A stretch of 64,000 nt of DNA from Squalus acanthias (lineage: Eukaryota). The translations under genes and the position numbers were made by a program. Below the pieces are notes generated by a model that saw nothing but the letters and a program-made list of their open reading frames with translations, searched no databases and was not told the origin of the DNA. The stretch lies in assembly GCA_030390025.1 (NCBI GenBank), contig JASTWF010000348.1:124001-188000 (forward strand). The letters run 5' to 3'. Each line of letters opens with the position of its first letter. Position 1 is the stretch's first letter. Shown in pieces: positions 12,275-25,200 of this stretch.

Positions 12275-13000
12275 AAATGTTGGCGTTCAGAGAGATTTGG
12301 GGGTCCTCGTGCAAGAAACACAGAAAGCTAGCATGCAGGTACAGCAAACAAGTGGAAGGCAAATTACATGTTGGCCTTTATTGCAAGGGGGTTGGAGTAT
12401 AAGAGTAAGGAAGTCTTGCTACAATTGTACAGGGCCTTGGTGAGACCACACCTGGAGTACTGTGCACAGTTTTGGTCTCCTTATCTAAGGAAGGATAAAC
12501 TTGCCTTGGAGGCGGTGCAACGAAGGTTCACTAGATTGATTCCTGGGATGAGAGGGCTGTCCTATGATGAGAGATTGTGTAGAATGGGCCTATACTCTCT
12601 GGAGTTTAGAAGAATGAGAGGTGATCTCATTGAAACATACAAGATTCTGAAGGGGATTGACAGGGTAGATGCTGAGAGGTTGTTTCCCCTGGCTGGAGTG
12701 TCTAGAACTAGGGGGCATAGTCTCAGGATAAGGGGTCGGCTTTTTAAGACTGAGATGAGGAGGAATTTCTTCACTCAGAGGGTTGTGAAGCTTTGGAATT
12801 CTCTGCCCCAGAGGGCTGTGAATGTTCAGTCTTTGAGTATATTCAAGGCTGAGATAGATAGATTTTTGGACTCTCGGGGAATCAAGGGATATGGAGATCG
12901 GGCAGGAAAGTGGAGATGAGGTCGATGATTAGCCATGATCTTATTGAATGGCGGAGCAGGCTCGAGGGGCCGTAGGGCCTACTCCTGCTCCTATCTCTTA
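12275..13000 (+). mobile_element. CR1 LINE, 5'-truncated
   Basis: ORF 12368..12919 and 3'UTR. Confidence 0.93.
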
Positions 13001-13264
13001 AGAAGGAACAGGATTGGCTTTCGGAGGAGTGGAGCCTGTGTCCCCGCTGGAACCCAAGCCCTTCCTGTTCGGGGTGGACCAATTGTAGCCCCTCCCCTAC
13101 CGCCCGCCATCGCCGGTTTCAGCTCACTCAGCACAGACCAGGGGGACAGAACACGGGCTCTTCCTGTTCCGTGTGGGCTTCGGTACTGCGCACACCGAGG
13201 CGGTGAGCGTTCGCATCTCCCTCCCCCCTCCTCCGCCACCCCCCCCCTCCCACCCACACCCTCA

Positions 13265-13986
13265 CCTGGGTGTCCTTGTGCACCAGTCGCTGAAGGTCAG
13301 CATGCAGGTGCAGCAGGCGGTTAAGAAGGCAAATGGTATGTTGGCCTTCATAGCGAGAGGATTCGAGTACAGGAGCAAGGATGTCTTGCTGCAGTTGTAC
13401 AAGGGCCTTGGTGAGTCCACACCTTGAGTACTGTGTTCAGTTATGGTCGCCGTATCTGAGAAAGGATGTTCTTGCCATGGAGGGAGTTCAGCGAAGATTC
13501 ACCAGACTGATACCTGGGATGGCAGGAGTGACGTACGAGGAGAGATTGGGTCGATTGGGCTTATATTCGCTAGAGTTTAGAAGAATGAGAGGGGATCTCA
13601 TTGAAACTTATAAAATTCTAACCGGACTAGACAGACTAGATACAGGAAGGATGTTCCCGATGGCGGGGGAGTCCAGAACCAGGGGTCACAGTCTAAGGAT
13701 AAGGGGTAAGCCATTTAGGACTGAGATGAGGAGGAATTTCTTCACCCAGAGAGTGGTGAACCTGTGGAATTCTCTACCACAGAAGGCAGTTGAGGCCAAT
13801 TCATTAAATATATTCAAGAAGGAGATAGATATATTTCTTAAGGCTAAAGGGATCAAGGGATATGGGGAGAAAGCAGGGACAGGGTACTGAATTTGGATGA
13901 TCAGCCATGATCTCATCGAATGGCGGAACAGGCTCGAGGGGCCGAATGGCCTACTCCTGCTCCTATCTTCTATGTTTCTATGTATC
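13265..13986 (+). mobile_element. CR1 LINE, 5'-truncated, ending about 17 nt from the RIPK3 exon 1 donor
   Basis: ORF 13381..13890, 3'UTR and tail. Confidence 0.93.
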
Positions 13987-14420
13987 TCGGCCGCTCTGCT
14001 TACCATCGGTCGGTGCTCCCGTGCAGCATCTTGAGGGCCACGTCGATGCCCCATTCCGTGTGCCGGGCCCGCAGGATCTTGCCGAAGCCGCCCCCTCCGA
14101 CCAGCCTCTTGTCCGCCAGCTGCGCGGCCGTGACGACCGCGAGGCCCGCGCCCTCCGCCATCCGTTCCCTGCGGCCCACAACGCAAAGAGCTCGGTTAAA
14201 GCGAATCGGCGAAACTACCTGGCTGTACGACCATCAGGTGGGCCCTCGCGCGCGGGGGAACCGGCTCAATGGCCAGCAGGGCCCGGCCTGGACCATCTTC
14301 TGACCGGTGCACATCTGCCCGCCCTGAGAAGCGACTTGCACAGCCGACATAGTCAGTCGAGGCGGATATTCAACTCCAGCGGGCTTCACCTCCCTGTCCC
14401 GACATTCCACGCTTCCGCTC
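13987..14420. promoter_or_regulatory. CpG-rich region over RIPK3 first coding exon
   Basis: Visibly high CpG density (not computed). Confidence 0.55.
14004..14161 (-). CDS. RIPK3: RIPK3-like kinase, coding exon 1 (MAEGAGLAVVTAAQLADKRLVGGGGFGKILRARHTEWGIDVALKMLHGSTDR)
   Basis: ATG at 14161, Gly-rich loop VGGGGFG and VALK lysine. Ends at TG|GTAAGC (158 nt, phase 2). RHTEWGIDVALK resembles recalled human RIPK3 QHRKWGYDVAVK. A possible acceptor (ccgcag) just upstream suggests an earlier UTR exon. Confidence 0.8.
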
Positions 14421-14547
14421 TGTACCTTGTATTTTTTTGGCTGGCACCAACCCCAACCCATTAATTTTGAGCGTCTCTGAGGCAGGAGGAGGTTCTGTTT
14501 GCCCGATACAGAGTGCCCGCTCTCTCTCTCTCTCTCTCTCTTTCTCT

Positions 14548-15610
14548 CATCCCACCACAGGTAGCTGGGGAATTTAAATTCAATTAATTAAATAAATCTG
14601 GAATTAAAAGCTAATGGCCCAAAAATTAGTCTCAGTACGCGAGAGTACGCACTGCGTACTCTCGTGTATTCTGTCTCCAATTGCCGGTTTTCTGCATGCA
14701 CTGCGCATGCGCTGAAAACCGGCACTTGGTGAATTCAAAAGGGGGCGGTTCCTAAGTGAACCGCGTGCGCGCTGCAGGCTGCGCGCACGCAGTGCACTTA
14801 GTGCTTTGAACGCGCAGGTAAGCATGGAAGATTTTGCACATAAAGAAAGGAGGCGTAAGACCCTCTTTTAACAAGGTAAGTAGTTAATTAAGTATTATTT
14901 TGAATTTTTTTCAACAGGTATATCTTTTTTAGAGACTTTAAAGAAAGGTAAGTTTATTTTTATAACTTTTAAAAAGATTTTAAATTTTTTCAAAAATTTA
15001 ATTTTTTGTTTAAAGTGGTTAATTTATTTAACTATACTTATTTATTAATGTGATGGTTTTTTTTTAATTTAATTGAGGTTTAGCTGTTCTTTTGGGGGGG
15101 TATAGATTCATAGCTTTGACAGCCCTTGCTGTGAAAACTATGAATGAAAGATGGTGTGCTGCCATTGGCTCTAACTGAATCACGTGATCCCACAGCTCGC
15201 ATGAATTAACTGCGTCTGTGGGATACGCACACACTGCACAGCTGCAGTCTTGAAAGCAAAGTTCGTGTGAGCTCGGAAGGAAAAGGCAGGCGCGCAGTGA
15301 GATATCGCGGGGAAGCCTTACCCCCGCAGGAAGGCTCCGTCTTTAATTTCTGGGCCATTATCAGTAATGGTGACCATGAAACTACCGGAGTGTCGGTAAA
15401 ACCCATCTGGTTCACTCATGTTCTTCAGCGAAGGAAATCTGCTGCCCTTGCACGGTCTGGCCGATATGTGACTCCAGACCCACAGCAATGTGGTTGACTC
15501 TTAACTGCCCTCTGCGGTTCAAGAAGGCGGCTCACCACCACCTACTCAAGGGTAATTAGGGGTGGGCAATAAATGCCACGGGCCTTCCCAGCGACGCCCA
15601 CATCCCACAT
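14548..15610 (+). mobile_element. SINE-like element split by a TIR element; shares its 3' end with the LINE fragment at 42185-42578
   Basis: Both end in ...GGCGGCTCACCACCACCT...CAGCGACGCCCACATC. Confidence 0.6.
14612..15360. mobile_element. Non-autonomous TIR DNA transposon (MITE, possibly Harbinger-like)
   Basis: Terminal inverted repeats TAATGGCCCAAAAATT / AATTTCTGGGCCATTA. No coding capacity. Confidence 0.7.
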
Positions 15611-15611
15611 C

Positions 15612-16091
15612 CCAGGATGTTCTTGCCATGGAAGGAGTTCAGCGAAGATTCACAAGGCTGATACCTGGGATGGCAGGAATGACATATGAGGAGAGATTGG
15701 GTCGATTGGGCTTATACTCGCTGGAGTTTAGAAGAATGAGAGGGGATCTCATCGAAACATATAAAATTCTGATAGGTCTGGACAAACTAGATGCAGGAAG
15801 AATGTTCCCGATGGTCGGAGAGTCCAGAACCAGGGGTCATAATCTAAGGATAAGGGGTAAGCCATTTAGGACAGAAATGAGGAAGAATTTCTTCACCCAG
15901 AGAGTGGTGAACCTGTGGAATTCTCTACCACAGAAGGTAGTTGAGGCCAAGTCAGTAAATATATTCAAGAATGAGTTAGATATATTTCTTAAAGATAAAG
16001 GTATCAAGGGATATGGGGAGAAGGCAGGTACAGGGTACTGAGTTTGGATGATCAGCCATGATCTCATCGAATGGCGGAGCAGGCTCGAGGG
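15612..16091 (+). mobile_element. CR1 LINE 3' fragment running into the gap
   Basis: ORF 15562..16041. Confidence 0.92.
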
Positions 16092-16291
16092 NNNNNNNNN
16101 NNNNNNNNNNNNNNNNNNNNNNNNNNNNNNNNNNNNNNNNNNNNNNNNNNNNNNNNNNNNNNNNNNNNNNNNNNNNNNNNNNNNNNNNNNNNNNNNNNNN
16201 NNNNNNNNNNNNNNNNNNNNNNNNNNNNNNNNNNNNNNNNNNNNNNNNNNNNNNNNNNNNNNNNNNNNNNNNNNNNNNNNNNNNNNNNNNN
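16092..16291. other. Assembly gap (200 N)
   Basis: Run of exactly 200 N, suggesting a fixed-size scaffold placeholder. Confidence 0.99.
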
Positions 16292-19200
16292 GGGTATATC
16301 AGAGAGTGTCACAGTGAGGTGTGTGGGGTATATCAGAGAGTGTTACAGTGAGGGGTGTGGGGTATATCAGAGTGTTACATAGATACATAGATACATAGAA
16401 GATAGGAGCAGGAGTAGGCCATCCGGCCCTTCGAGCCTGCTCCGCCATTTAATGAGATCATGGCTGATCCTTCAATTCAGTATCCCGTCCCCGCCTTCTC
16501 TCCGTAACCCTTAACCCCTTTTGCCTGTAGAAATATATCTAATTCCCTCTTAAATATATTTAATGAGCTGGCGTACACTGCCCTCTGTGGCAATGAGTTC
16601 CACAGGTTCACCACTCTCTGAGTGAAGAAATTCCCCCTCATTTCTGTCCTAAATGGTTTAGCCCTTATCCTTAAATTATGTCCTCTAGTTCTGTTCTCAC
16701 CCGCCAAGGGAAACATTCCTTCTGCATCTAATCTGTCTAGACCTGTCAGAATTTTATACACTTCTATGAGGTCCCCTCTCAATCTTCTAAACTCCAGTGT
16801 GTACATCCCTAAACTACATAGTCTCTCCTCATAGGTCAATCCCGCCATTCCTGGTATCAGCCTGGTGAATCGCCGCTGCACCCCCTCCATGGCAAGAACA
16901 TCTTTCCTCAGATGAGGCGACCAAAACTGTACACAGTACTCGAGGTGTGGTCTCACCAGTGCCCTGTACAGCTGCAGCAAGGTATCCCTGTTCCTGTATT
17001 CCAACCCTTTTGCTATGAAGGCCAGCATACCGTTTGCCTTCTTGACCGCCTGTTGCACCTGCATGCTCGCCTTCAGTGACTGGTGTACAAGAACACCCAG
17101 GTCTCTCTGTACTTCCCCCTCTCCCAATTTATTGCCATTTAAATAATAATTTGCCCTCCCGTTCCTGCACCCAAGGTGGATAACTTCGCACTTGTCCACA
17201 TTATAGTGCATCTGCCATTTATCCGCCCAATCACCCAGTCTGTCCAAATCGCTCTGGAGCTTCCTGGTCTCCTCCTCTGAGCCCACCCCCCCTCCTAGTT
17301 TAGTGTCGTCTGCAAATTTGGAAATGCTGCATTCGACTCCCTGATCCAGGTCATTAATATAAATTGTGAACAGCTGGGGACCCAGGACAGATCCCTGTGG
17401 TACCCCACTTGTTACTGCCTGCCATTCAGAAAATGAGCCGTTTATTCCAACTCTCTGTTTTCTATCTGACAGCCAGTTCTCTATCCACGTCAATACTTTC
17501 CCCTTTATCCCATGAGCTTCAATTTTCCATGCTAATCTTTTATGTGGGACCTTATCGAAGGCCTTTTGGAAGTCCAGGTACACCACATCTACTGGCTCTC
17601 CCCCATCTATTTTACCAGTTACTCCCTCAAAAAATTCCAATAGATTAGTCAAGCACGATTTACCCTTTGTAAATCCATGTTGACTCTGTCCTATCCTGTC
17701 CCCATTTGCTAAGTGCTCGGCTATTTCATCCTTAATGATGGACTCCAGCATTTTGCCCACAACTGATGTAAGGCTTACAGGTCTGTAATTACCTGCTTTT
17801 TCCCTACCCCCCTTTTTGAATAGTGGGGTAACGTTAGCTACCCTCCAATCCATGGGCACTGTTCCCGAGTCTAATGAATTCTGAAAAATCATGCTTAGTG
17901 CATCCGCTATCTCTAGGGCCACCTCCTTCAGTACCCTAGGATGCATGTTATCAGGCCCTGGGGATTTGTCCGCCTTCAATCCCTTTAGCTTCCTTAACAC
18001 CATATCCTTAGAGATATTGATTTGCGTCAGTTCCTCCTTTGCCAATGTCCCTATTTTTCCCGATATCCCAGGGAGGTTTTTTGTGTCTTCCTTCGTAAAG
18101 ACTGACCCAAAGTATGCATTTAGTTGGTCTGCCATTTCCTTATTTCCCATTATATATTCCCCCGTATCTGACTGCAATGGACCAACTTTGGTTTTCACCA
18201 GTCTTTTCCTCTTGATATACTTATAAAAGCTTTTGGAGTTAGTTTTTATATTTTCCGCCAGCTTGCTTTCGTAAGCTATTTTGCCCTTCTTGATTAAGCC
18301 CTTTGCCCTCCTTTGCTCTATCTTAAACTGTTCCCAATCTTCCGCTCTGGCGCGTTTTTTGGCTATTTTATACGCCCTATCTTTGGATTTTATGCTGTCT
18401 CTAATTTCCCCTGTTATCCACGGTTGAGTCACCTTTTTACAGTGTTACAGTGAGGTGTGTGAGGTATAACAGAATGTTACAGTGAGGGGTGTGGCGTATA
18501 TCAGAGTGTTACAGTGAGGGGTGTGGGGTATATCAGAGAGTGTTACAGTGAGGGGTGTGGGGTATATCAGAGTGTTACAGTGAGGTGTGTGAGGTATAAC
18601 AGAGTGTTACAGTGAGGGGTGTGGTGTATATCAGAGTGTTACAGTGAGGGGTGTGGGGTATATCAGAGTGTTACAGTGAGGGGTGTGGGGTTTTTCAGAG
18701 AGTGTTACAGTGAGGGGTGTGGGGTATATCAGAGTGATACAGTGAAGGGTGTGGGGTATATCAGAGAGTGTTACAGTGAGGATTGTGGGTTAAATCAGAG
18801 CGTGTTACGGTGAGCGGTGTGGGGTATATCAGGGAGTTACAGTGAGGGGTTTTGGGTATATCATATTGTTACAGTGAGGGGTGTGGGGTATATCAGAATG
18901 TTACAGTATGGGGTATATCAGAAAGTGTTACAGTGAGGGGTGTGGGGCATGTCAGAGAGTGTTGCAGTGAGGGGTGTGGGTTATTTCAGTGTCTTACAGT
19001 GAGGGGTGTGGGGTATATCAGAGTGTCACAGTGAGGGGTGTGGGGTATATCAGAGTGTTACAGTGAGGGTTGTGGGGTATATCAGAGACTGTTACAGTGA
19101 GGAGTGTGGGGTATATCAGAGAGTGTTACAGTGAGGAGTGTGGGGTATATCAGAGAGTGTTACATTGAGGGGTGTGGGGTTTATCAGATTGTTACAGTGA

Positions 19201-22200
19201 GGTGTGTGGGGTATATCAGTGTGTTACAGTTAGGGCTGTGGGGTATATCAGAGTGTGTTACAGTGAGCGGTGTGTGGTTTATCAGAGTGTTACAGTGAGG
19301 GGTGTGGGTTATCTCAGAGAGTGTTACAGTGAGGTGTGTGGGGTATAGTCGAGAGTGTTACAGTGAGGGGTGTGGGGTATATCAGTGTGTTACAGTGAGG
19401 GGTGTGGGGTATATCAGTGTGTTACAGTGAGGTGTGTGGGGTATATCAGAGTGTTACAGTGAGGGGTGTGGTGTATATCAGTGTGTTACAGTGAGGGGTT
19501 TGGGGTTTATTAGTGTGTTACAGTGAGGGGTGTGGGGTATAACAGAGAGTTACAGTGAGGGGTGTGGGGTATATCAGTGTGTTACAGTGAGTGGTGTGGG
19601 TTATATCAGAGTGTTACAGTGAGGGGTGTGGGGTATATCAGAGTGTTACAGTGAGGGGTGTGGGGTGTATCAGTGTGTTAAAGTGAGGGTTGTTGGGTAT
19701 ATCAGAGTGTTTTACAGTGTGGGGTGTGGGGTATATCAGAGTGTTACAGTGAGGGGTGTGGGGTATATCAGAGAGTGTTACAGTGAGGGGTGTGGGGTAT
19801 ATCAGAGTGTTACAGTGAGGGGTGTGGGGTATATCAGTGTGTTACAGAGAGGGGTGTGGGGTATAACAGAGTGTTACAGTGAGGGGTGTGGGTTATATCA
19901 GTGTGTTACAGTGACGGGTGTGGGGTATATCAGAGTGTTACAGTGAGGGGTGTGGGGTATATCAGAGAGAGTTATAGTGAGGGGTGTGGGGTATATTAGT
20001 GTGTTACAGTGAGGGGTGTGGGGTATATAAGAGTGTTACAGTTAAGGGTGTGGGGTATAACAGAGAGTTACAGTGAGGGGCCTGGGTTATATCAGTGTGT
20101 TACAGTGAGGGTTGTGGGGTATATCAGGGAGTTACAGTGAGGGATGTGGGGTAAATCAGATTGTTACAGTGAGGGGTGTGGGTTATATCAGTGTGTTACA
20201 GTGAGGGGAGTGGGGTATATCAGGGAGTTACAGTGAGGGATGTGGGGTAAATCAGATTGTTACAGTGAGGGGTGTGGGTTATATCAGTGTGTTACAGTGA
20301 GGGGTGTGGAGTATATCAGAGTGTTACAGTATGGGGTATATCAGAGAGTGTTACAGTGAGGGGTGTGGGTTATATCAGTGTGTTACAGTGAGGGGTGTGG
20401 GGAATATCAGAGAGAGTTACAGTGAGGGCTGTGGGGTATATTAGTATGTTACAGTGAGGGGTGTGGGGTATAACAGAGAGTTACAGTGAGGGGCCTGGGT
20501 TTTCTCAGTGTGTTACAGTGAGGGGTGTGGGGTATATGAGAGTGTTACAGTGAGGGGTGTGGGTAATATCAGTGTGTTACAGTGAGGGGTGTGGGGTATA
20601 TCAGAGAGTGTTACAGTGAGGATTGTGGGTTAAATCAGAGCGTGTTACGGTGAGCGGTGTGGGGAATATCAGGGAGTTACAGTGAGGGGTGTTGGATATA
20701 TCATATTGTTACAGTGAGGGGTGTGGGGTATATCAGAATGTTACAGTATGGGGTATATCAGAAAGTGTTACTGTGAGGGGTGTGGGGTATGTCAGAGAGT
20801 CTTGCAGTGAGGGGTGTTGGGTATATCAGAGTGTTACAGTGCGGGGTGTGGGGTATATCAGAGACTGTTACAGTTAGGAGTGTGGGGTATATCAGAGTGT
20901 TACAGTAAGGGTTGTGGGGTATATCAGAGACTGTTACAGTGAGGAGTGTGGGGTATATCAGAGAGTGTTACAGTGAGGGGTGTGGGGTATATCAGAGAGT
21001 GTTACAGTGAGGGGTGTGTGGTTTATCAGAGTGTTACAGTGAGGGGTGTGGGTTATCTCAGAGAGTGTTACAGTGAGGTGTGTGGGGTATAGCAGAGAGT
21101 GTTACAGTGAGGGGTGTGGGGTATATCAGTGTGTTACAGTGAGGGTTGTGGGGTATATCAGTGTGTTACAGTGAGGTTTTTGGGGTATATTAGTGTGTTA
21201 CAGTGAGGGGTGTGGGGTATAACAGAGTGTTACAGTGAGGGGTGTGGGGTATATCAGAGTGTGTTACAGTGAGGATTGTGGGGTAAATCAGAGAGTGTTA
21301 CAGTGAGGGGTGTGGGATATATCAGAGAGTTACAGTGAGGGGTGTGGCGTATATCAGAGTGTTACAGTGAGGGGTGTGCGTTATATCAGAGAGTGTTACA
21401 GTGAGCGGTGCTGGGTATAGCAGAGAGTGTTACAGTGACGGTTGTGGGGTGTATCAGTGTCTTACAGTGAGGGGTGTGCGGTATATCAGTGTGTTACAGT
21501 GAGGTGTGTGGGGTATATCAGAGTGTTACAGTGAGGGGTGTGGTGTATATCAGTGTGTTACAGTGAGGGGTGTGGGGTATATTAGTGTGTTACAGTGAGG
21601 GGTGTGGGGTATAACAGAGAGTTACAGTGAGGGTTGTGGGGTATATCAGTGTGTTACAGTGAGGGGTGTGGAGTATATCAGAGTGTTACAGTATGGGGTA
21701 TATCAGAGAGTGTTACAGTGAGGGATGTGGGTTATATCAGTGTGTTACAGTGAGGGGTGTGGGGAATATCAGAGAGAGTTACAGTGAGGGGTGTGGGGTA
21801 TATTAGTATGTTACAGTGAGGGGTGTGGGGTATAACAGAGAGTTACAGTGAGGGGCCTGGGTTTTCTCAGTGTGTTACAGTGAGGGGTGTGGGGTATATG
21901 AGAGTGTTACAGTGAGGGGTGTGGGTAATATCAGTGTGTTACAGTGAGGTGTGTGGGGTATATCAGAGTGTGTTACAGTGAGGGGTGTGGGGAATATCAG
22001 GGAGTTACAGTGAGGGGTGTTGGATATATCATATTGTTACAGTGAGGGGTGTGGGGTATATCAGAATGTTACAGTATGGGGTATATCAGAAAGTGTTGCA
22101 GTGAGGGGTGTGGCGTATATCAGAGTGTTACAGTGCGGGGTGTGGGGTATATCAGAGACTGTTACAGTTAGGAGTGTGAGGTATATCATAGTGTTACAGT

Positions 22201-25200
22201 AAGGGTTGTGGGGTATATCAGAGACTGTTACAGTGAGGAGTGTGGGGTATATCAGAGAGTGTTACAGTGAGGGGTGTGGGGTATATCAGAGAGTGTTACA
22301 GTGAGGGGTGTGTGGTTTGTCAGAGTGTTACAGTGAGGGGTGTGGGTTATCTCAGAGAGTGTTACAGTGAGGTGTGTGGGGTATAGCAGAGAGTGTTACA
22401 GTGAGGGGTGTGGGGTATATCAGTGTATTACAGTGAGGGTTGTGGGGTATATCAGTGTGTTACAGTGAGGTTTTTGGGGTATATTAGTGTGTTACAGTGA
22501 GGGGTGTGGGGTATAACAGAGTGTTACAGTGAGGGGTGTGGGGTATATCAGAGTGTGTTACAGTGAGGATTGTGGTGTAAATCAGAGAGTGTTACAGTGA
22601 GGGGTGTGGGATATATCAGAGAGTTACAGTGAGGGGTGTGGCGTATATCAGAGTGTTACAGTGAGGGGTGTGCGTTATATCAGAGAGTGTTACAGTGAGC
22701 GGTGCTGGGTATAGCAGAGAGTGTTACAGTGACGGTTGTGGGGTGTATCAGTGTCTTACAGTGAGGGGTGTGCGGTATATCAGTGTGTTACAGTGAGGTG
22801 TGTGGGGTATATCAGAGTGTTACAGTGAGGGGTGTGGTGTATATCAGTGTGTTACAGTGAGGGGTGTGGGGTATATTAGTGTGTTACAGTGAGGGGTGTG
22901 GGGTGTAACAGAGAGTTACAGTGAGGGGTGTGGGGTATATCAGTGTGTTACAGTGAGTGGTGTGGGTTATATCAGAGTGTTACAGTGAGGGGTGTGGGGT
23001 ATATCAGAGTGTTACAGTGAGGGGTGTGGGGTATATCAGAGTGTTACAGTGAGGGGTGTGGGGTATATCAGAGGGAGTTCCAGTGAGGGGTGTGGGGTAT
23101 ATCAGAGTGTGTTACAGTGAGGGGTGAGGAGTATATCAGAGTGTTACAGTGAGGGGTGTGGGTATATCAGAGTGTTACAGTGAGGGGTGTGTGGTATATC
23201 AGAGAGTGTTACAGTGAGGGCCGTGGGGTATATCAGAGTGTTACAGTGAGGGGTGTGGGGTATATCAGAGTGTTACAGTGAGTGTGTGCGTTATAACAGA
23301 GAGTTAAAGTGAGGGGCCTGGGTTATATCAGTGTTTTACAGTGAGGGGTGTGGGTTATATCAGTGTGTTACAGTGAGGGGTGTGGGGTATATCAGAGTGT
23401 GTTACAGTGAGTGGTGTGGGAAATACCAGTGAGTGTTACAGTGAGGGGTGTGGAGTCTATCAGAGTGTTACAGTGAGGGGTGTGGGGTATATCAGAGAGT
23501 GTTACAGTGAGGGGTGAGGGGTATATGAGAGTGTTACAGTGAGGGGTGTGTGGTATATCAGAGTGTTACAGTGAGGACTGTGAGGTATGTCAGTGTTACA
23601 GTGAGGGGTGTGGGGTATATCAGAGTGTTACAGTGAGGGGTGAGGGGTATATCAGAGTGTTACAGTGAGGGGTGTGGGGTATATCAGAGTGTTACAGTGA
23701 GGGGTGTGGGGTATATCAGAGAGTGTTACAGTGAGGGCTGTGGGGTATATCAGAGAGTGTTACAGTGAGGGGTGTGGGGTATATCAGAGAGTGTTACAGT
23801 GAGTGGAGTGGGGTATATCAGAGTGTTACAGTGAGGGGTGTGGAGTATATCAGAGTGTTACAGTGAGGAGTGTGGGGTATATCAGAGAGTGTTACAGTGA
23901 GGGGTGTGGGGTATATCAGAGTATTACAGTGAGGTGTGTGGGGTATATCAGAGTGTTACAGTGAGGGGTGTGGGGTATATCAGTGTGTTACAGTGAGGGG
24001 TGTGGGGTATATCAGAGTGTTACAGTGAGGGGTGTGGGATATATCAGAGTGTGTTACAGTGAGGGGTGTGGGGTATATCAGTGTGTTACAGTGAGGGGTG
24101 TGAGGTATATCAGAGTGTTACAGTGAGGGGTGTGGGCTATATGAGAGAGAGTTACAGTGAGGGGTGTGGGTATATTAGTGTATTACAGTGAGGGGTGTGG
24201 GGTATAACAGAGAGTTACAGTGAGGGGCCTGGGTTATATCAGTGTGTTACAGTGAGGGGTGTGGGTTATATCAGTGTGTTACCGTGAGGGGTGTGGGGTA
24301 TATCAGAGTGTTACAGTGAGGGGTGTGGGGTATATCAGAGCGTGTTACAGTGAGGGGTGTGGGGTATATCAGAGTGTTACAGTGAGGGGTGTGGGGTATA
24401 TCAGACTGTTACAGTGAGGGGCATGGGTTATATCAGAGAGTGTTACAGTGAGGGGTGTGGGGTATATCAGAGTTTTAAAGTGAGGGGTGTGGGGTATATC
24501 AGAGTGTTACAGTGAGGGGTGTGGGGTATATCAGAGTGTTACAGTGAGGGGTGAGGGCTATATCAGAGTGTTACAGTGAGGGGTGTGGGGTATATCAGAG
24601 TGTTACAGTGAGGGGTGTGGGGTATATCAGAGCGTGTTACAGTGAGGGTTGTGGGGTATATCAGAGTGTTACAGTGAGGGGTGTGTGTTATATCAGTGTG
24701 TTACCGTGAGGGGTGTGGGGTATATCAGAGTGTTACAGTGAGGGGTGTGGGGTATATCAGAGCGTGTTACAGTGAGGGTTGTGGGGTATATCAGAGTGTT
24801 ACAGTGAGGGGTGTGGGGTATATCAGAGCGTGTTACAGTGAGGGTTGTGGGGTTTTTCAGAGTGTTACAGTGAGGGGTGTGGGGTAAAGCAGACTGTTAC
24901 AGTGAGGGGCATGGGTTATATCAGAGAGTGTTACAGTGAGGGGTGTGGGGTATATCAGAGTGTTACAATGATGGGTGTGGGATATATCAGACTGTTACAG
25001 TGAGGGGTGTGGGGTATATCAGAGTGTTACAGTGAGGGGTGTGGGGTATATCAGAGTGTTACAGTGAGGGTTGTGGCGTATATCAGAGTGTTACAGTGAG
25101 GGGTGTGGGGTATATCAGAGTGTTACAGTGATGGGTGTGAGGTGTATCAGAGAGTGTTACAGTGAGGGGTGTGGGGTATATCAGAGTGTTACAGTGAGGG

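Noticed and set aside
16048..16382. ORFs spanning X residues
   Set aside because: They read through the N gap.
16477..18432. Possible domesticated or autonomous reverse transcriptase gene
   Set aside because: It is 5'-truncated, lacks an endonuclease domain and a true start, and has a LINE tail and TSD. It is an ordinary young CR1 copy.
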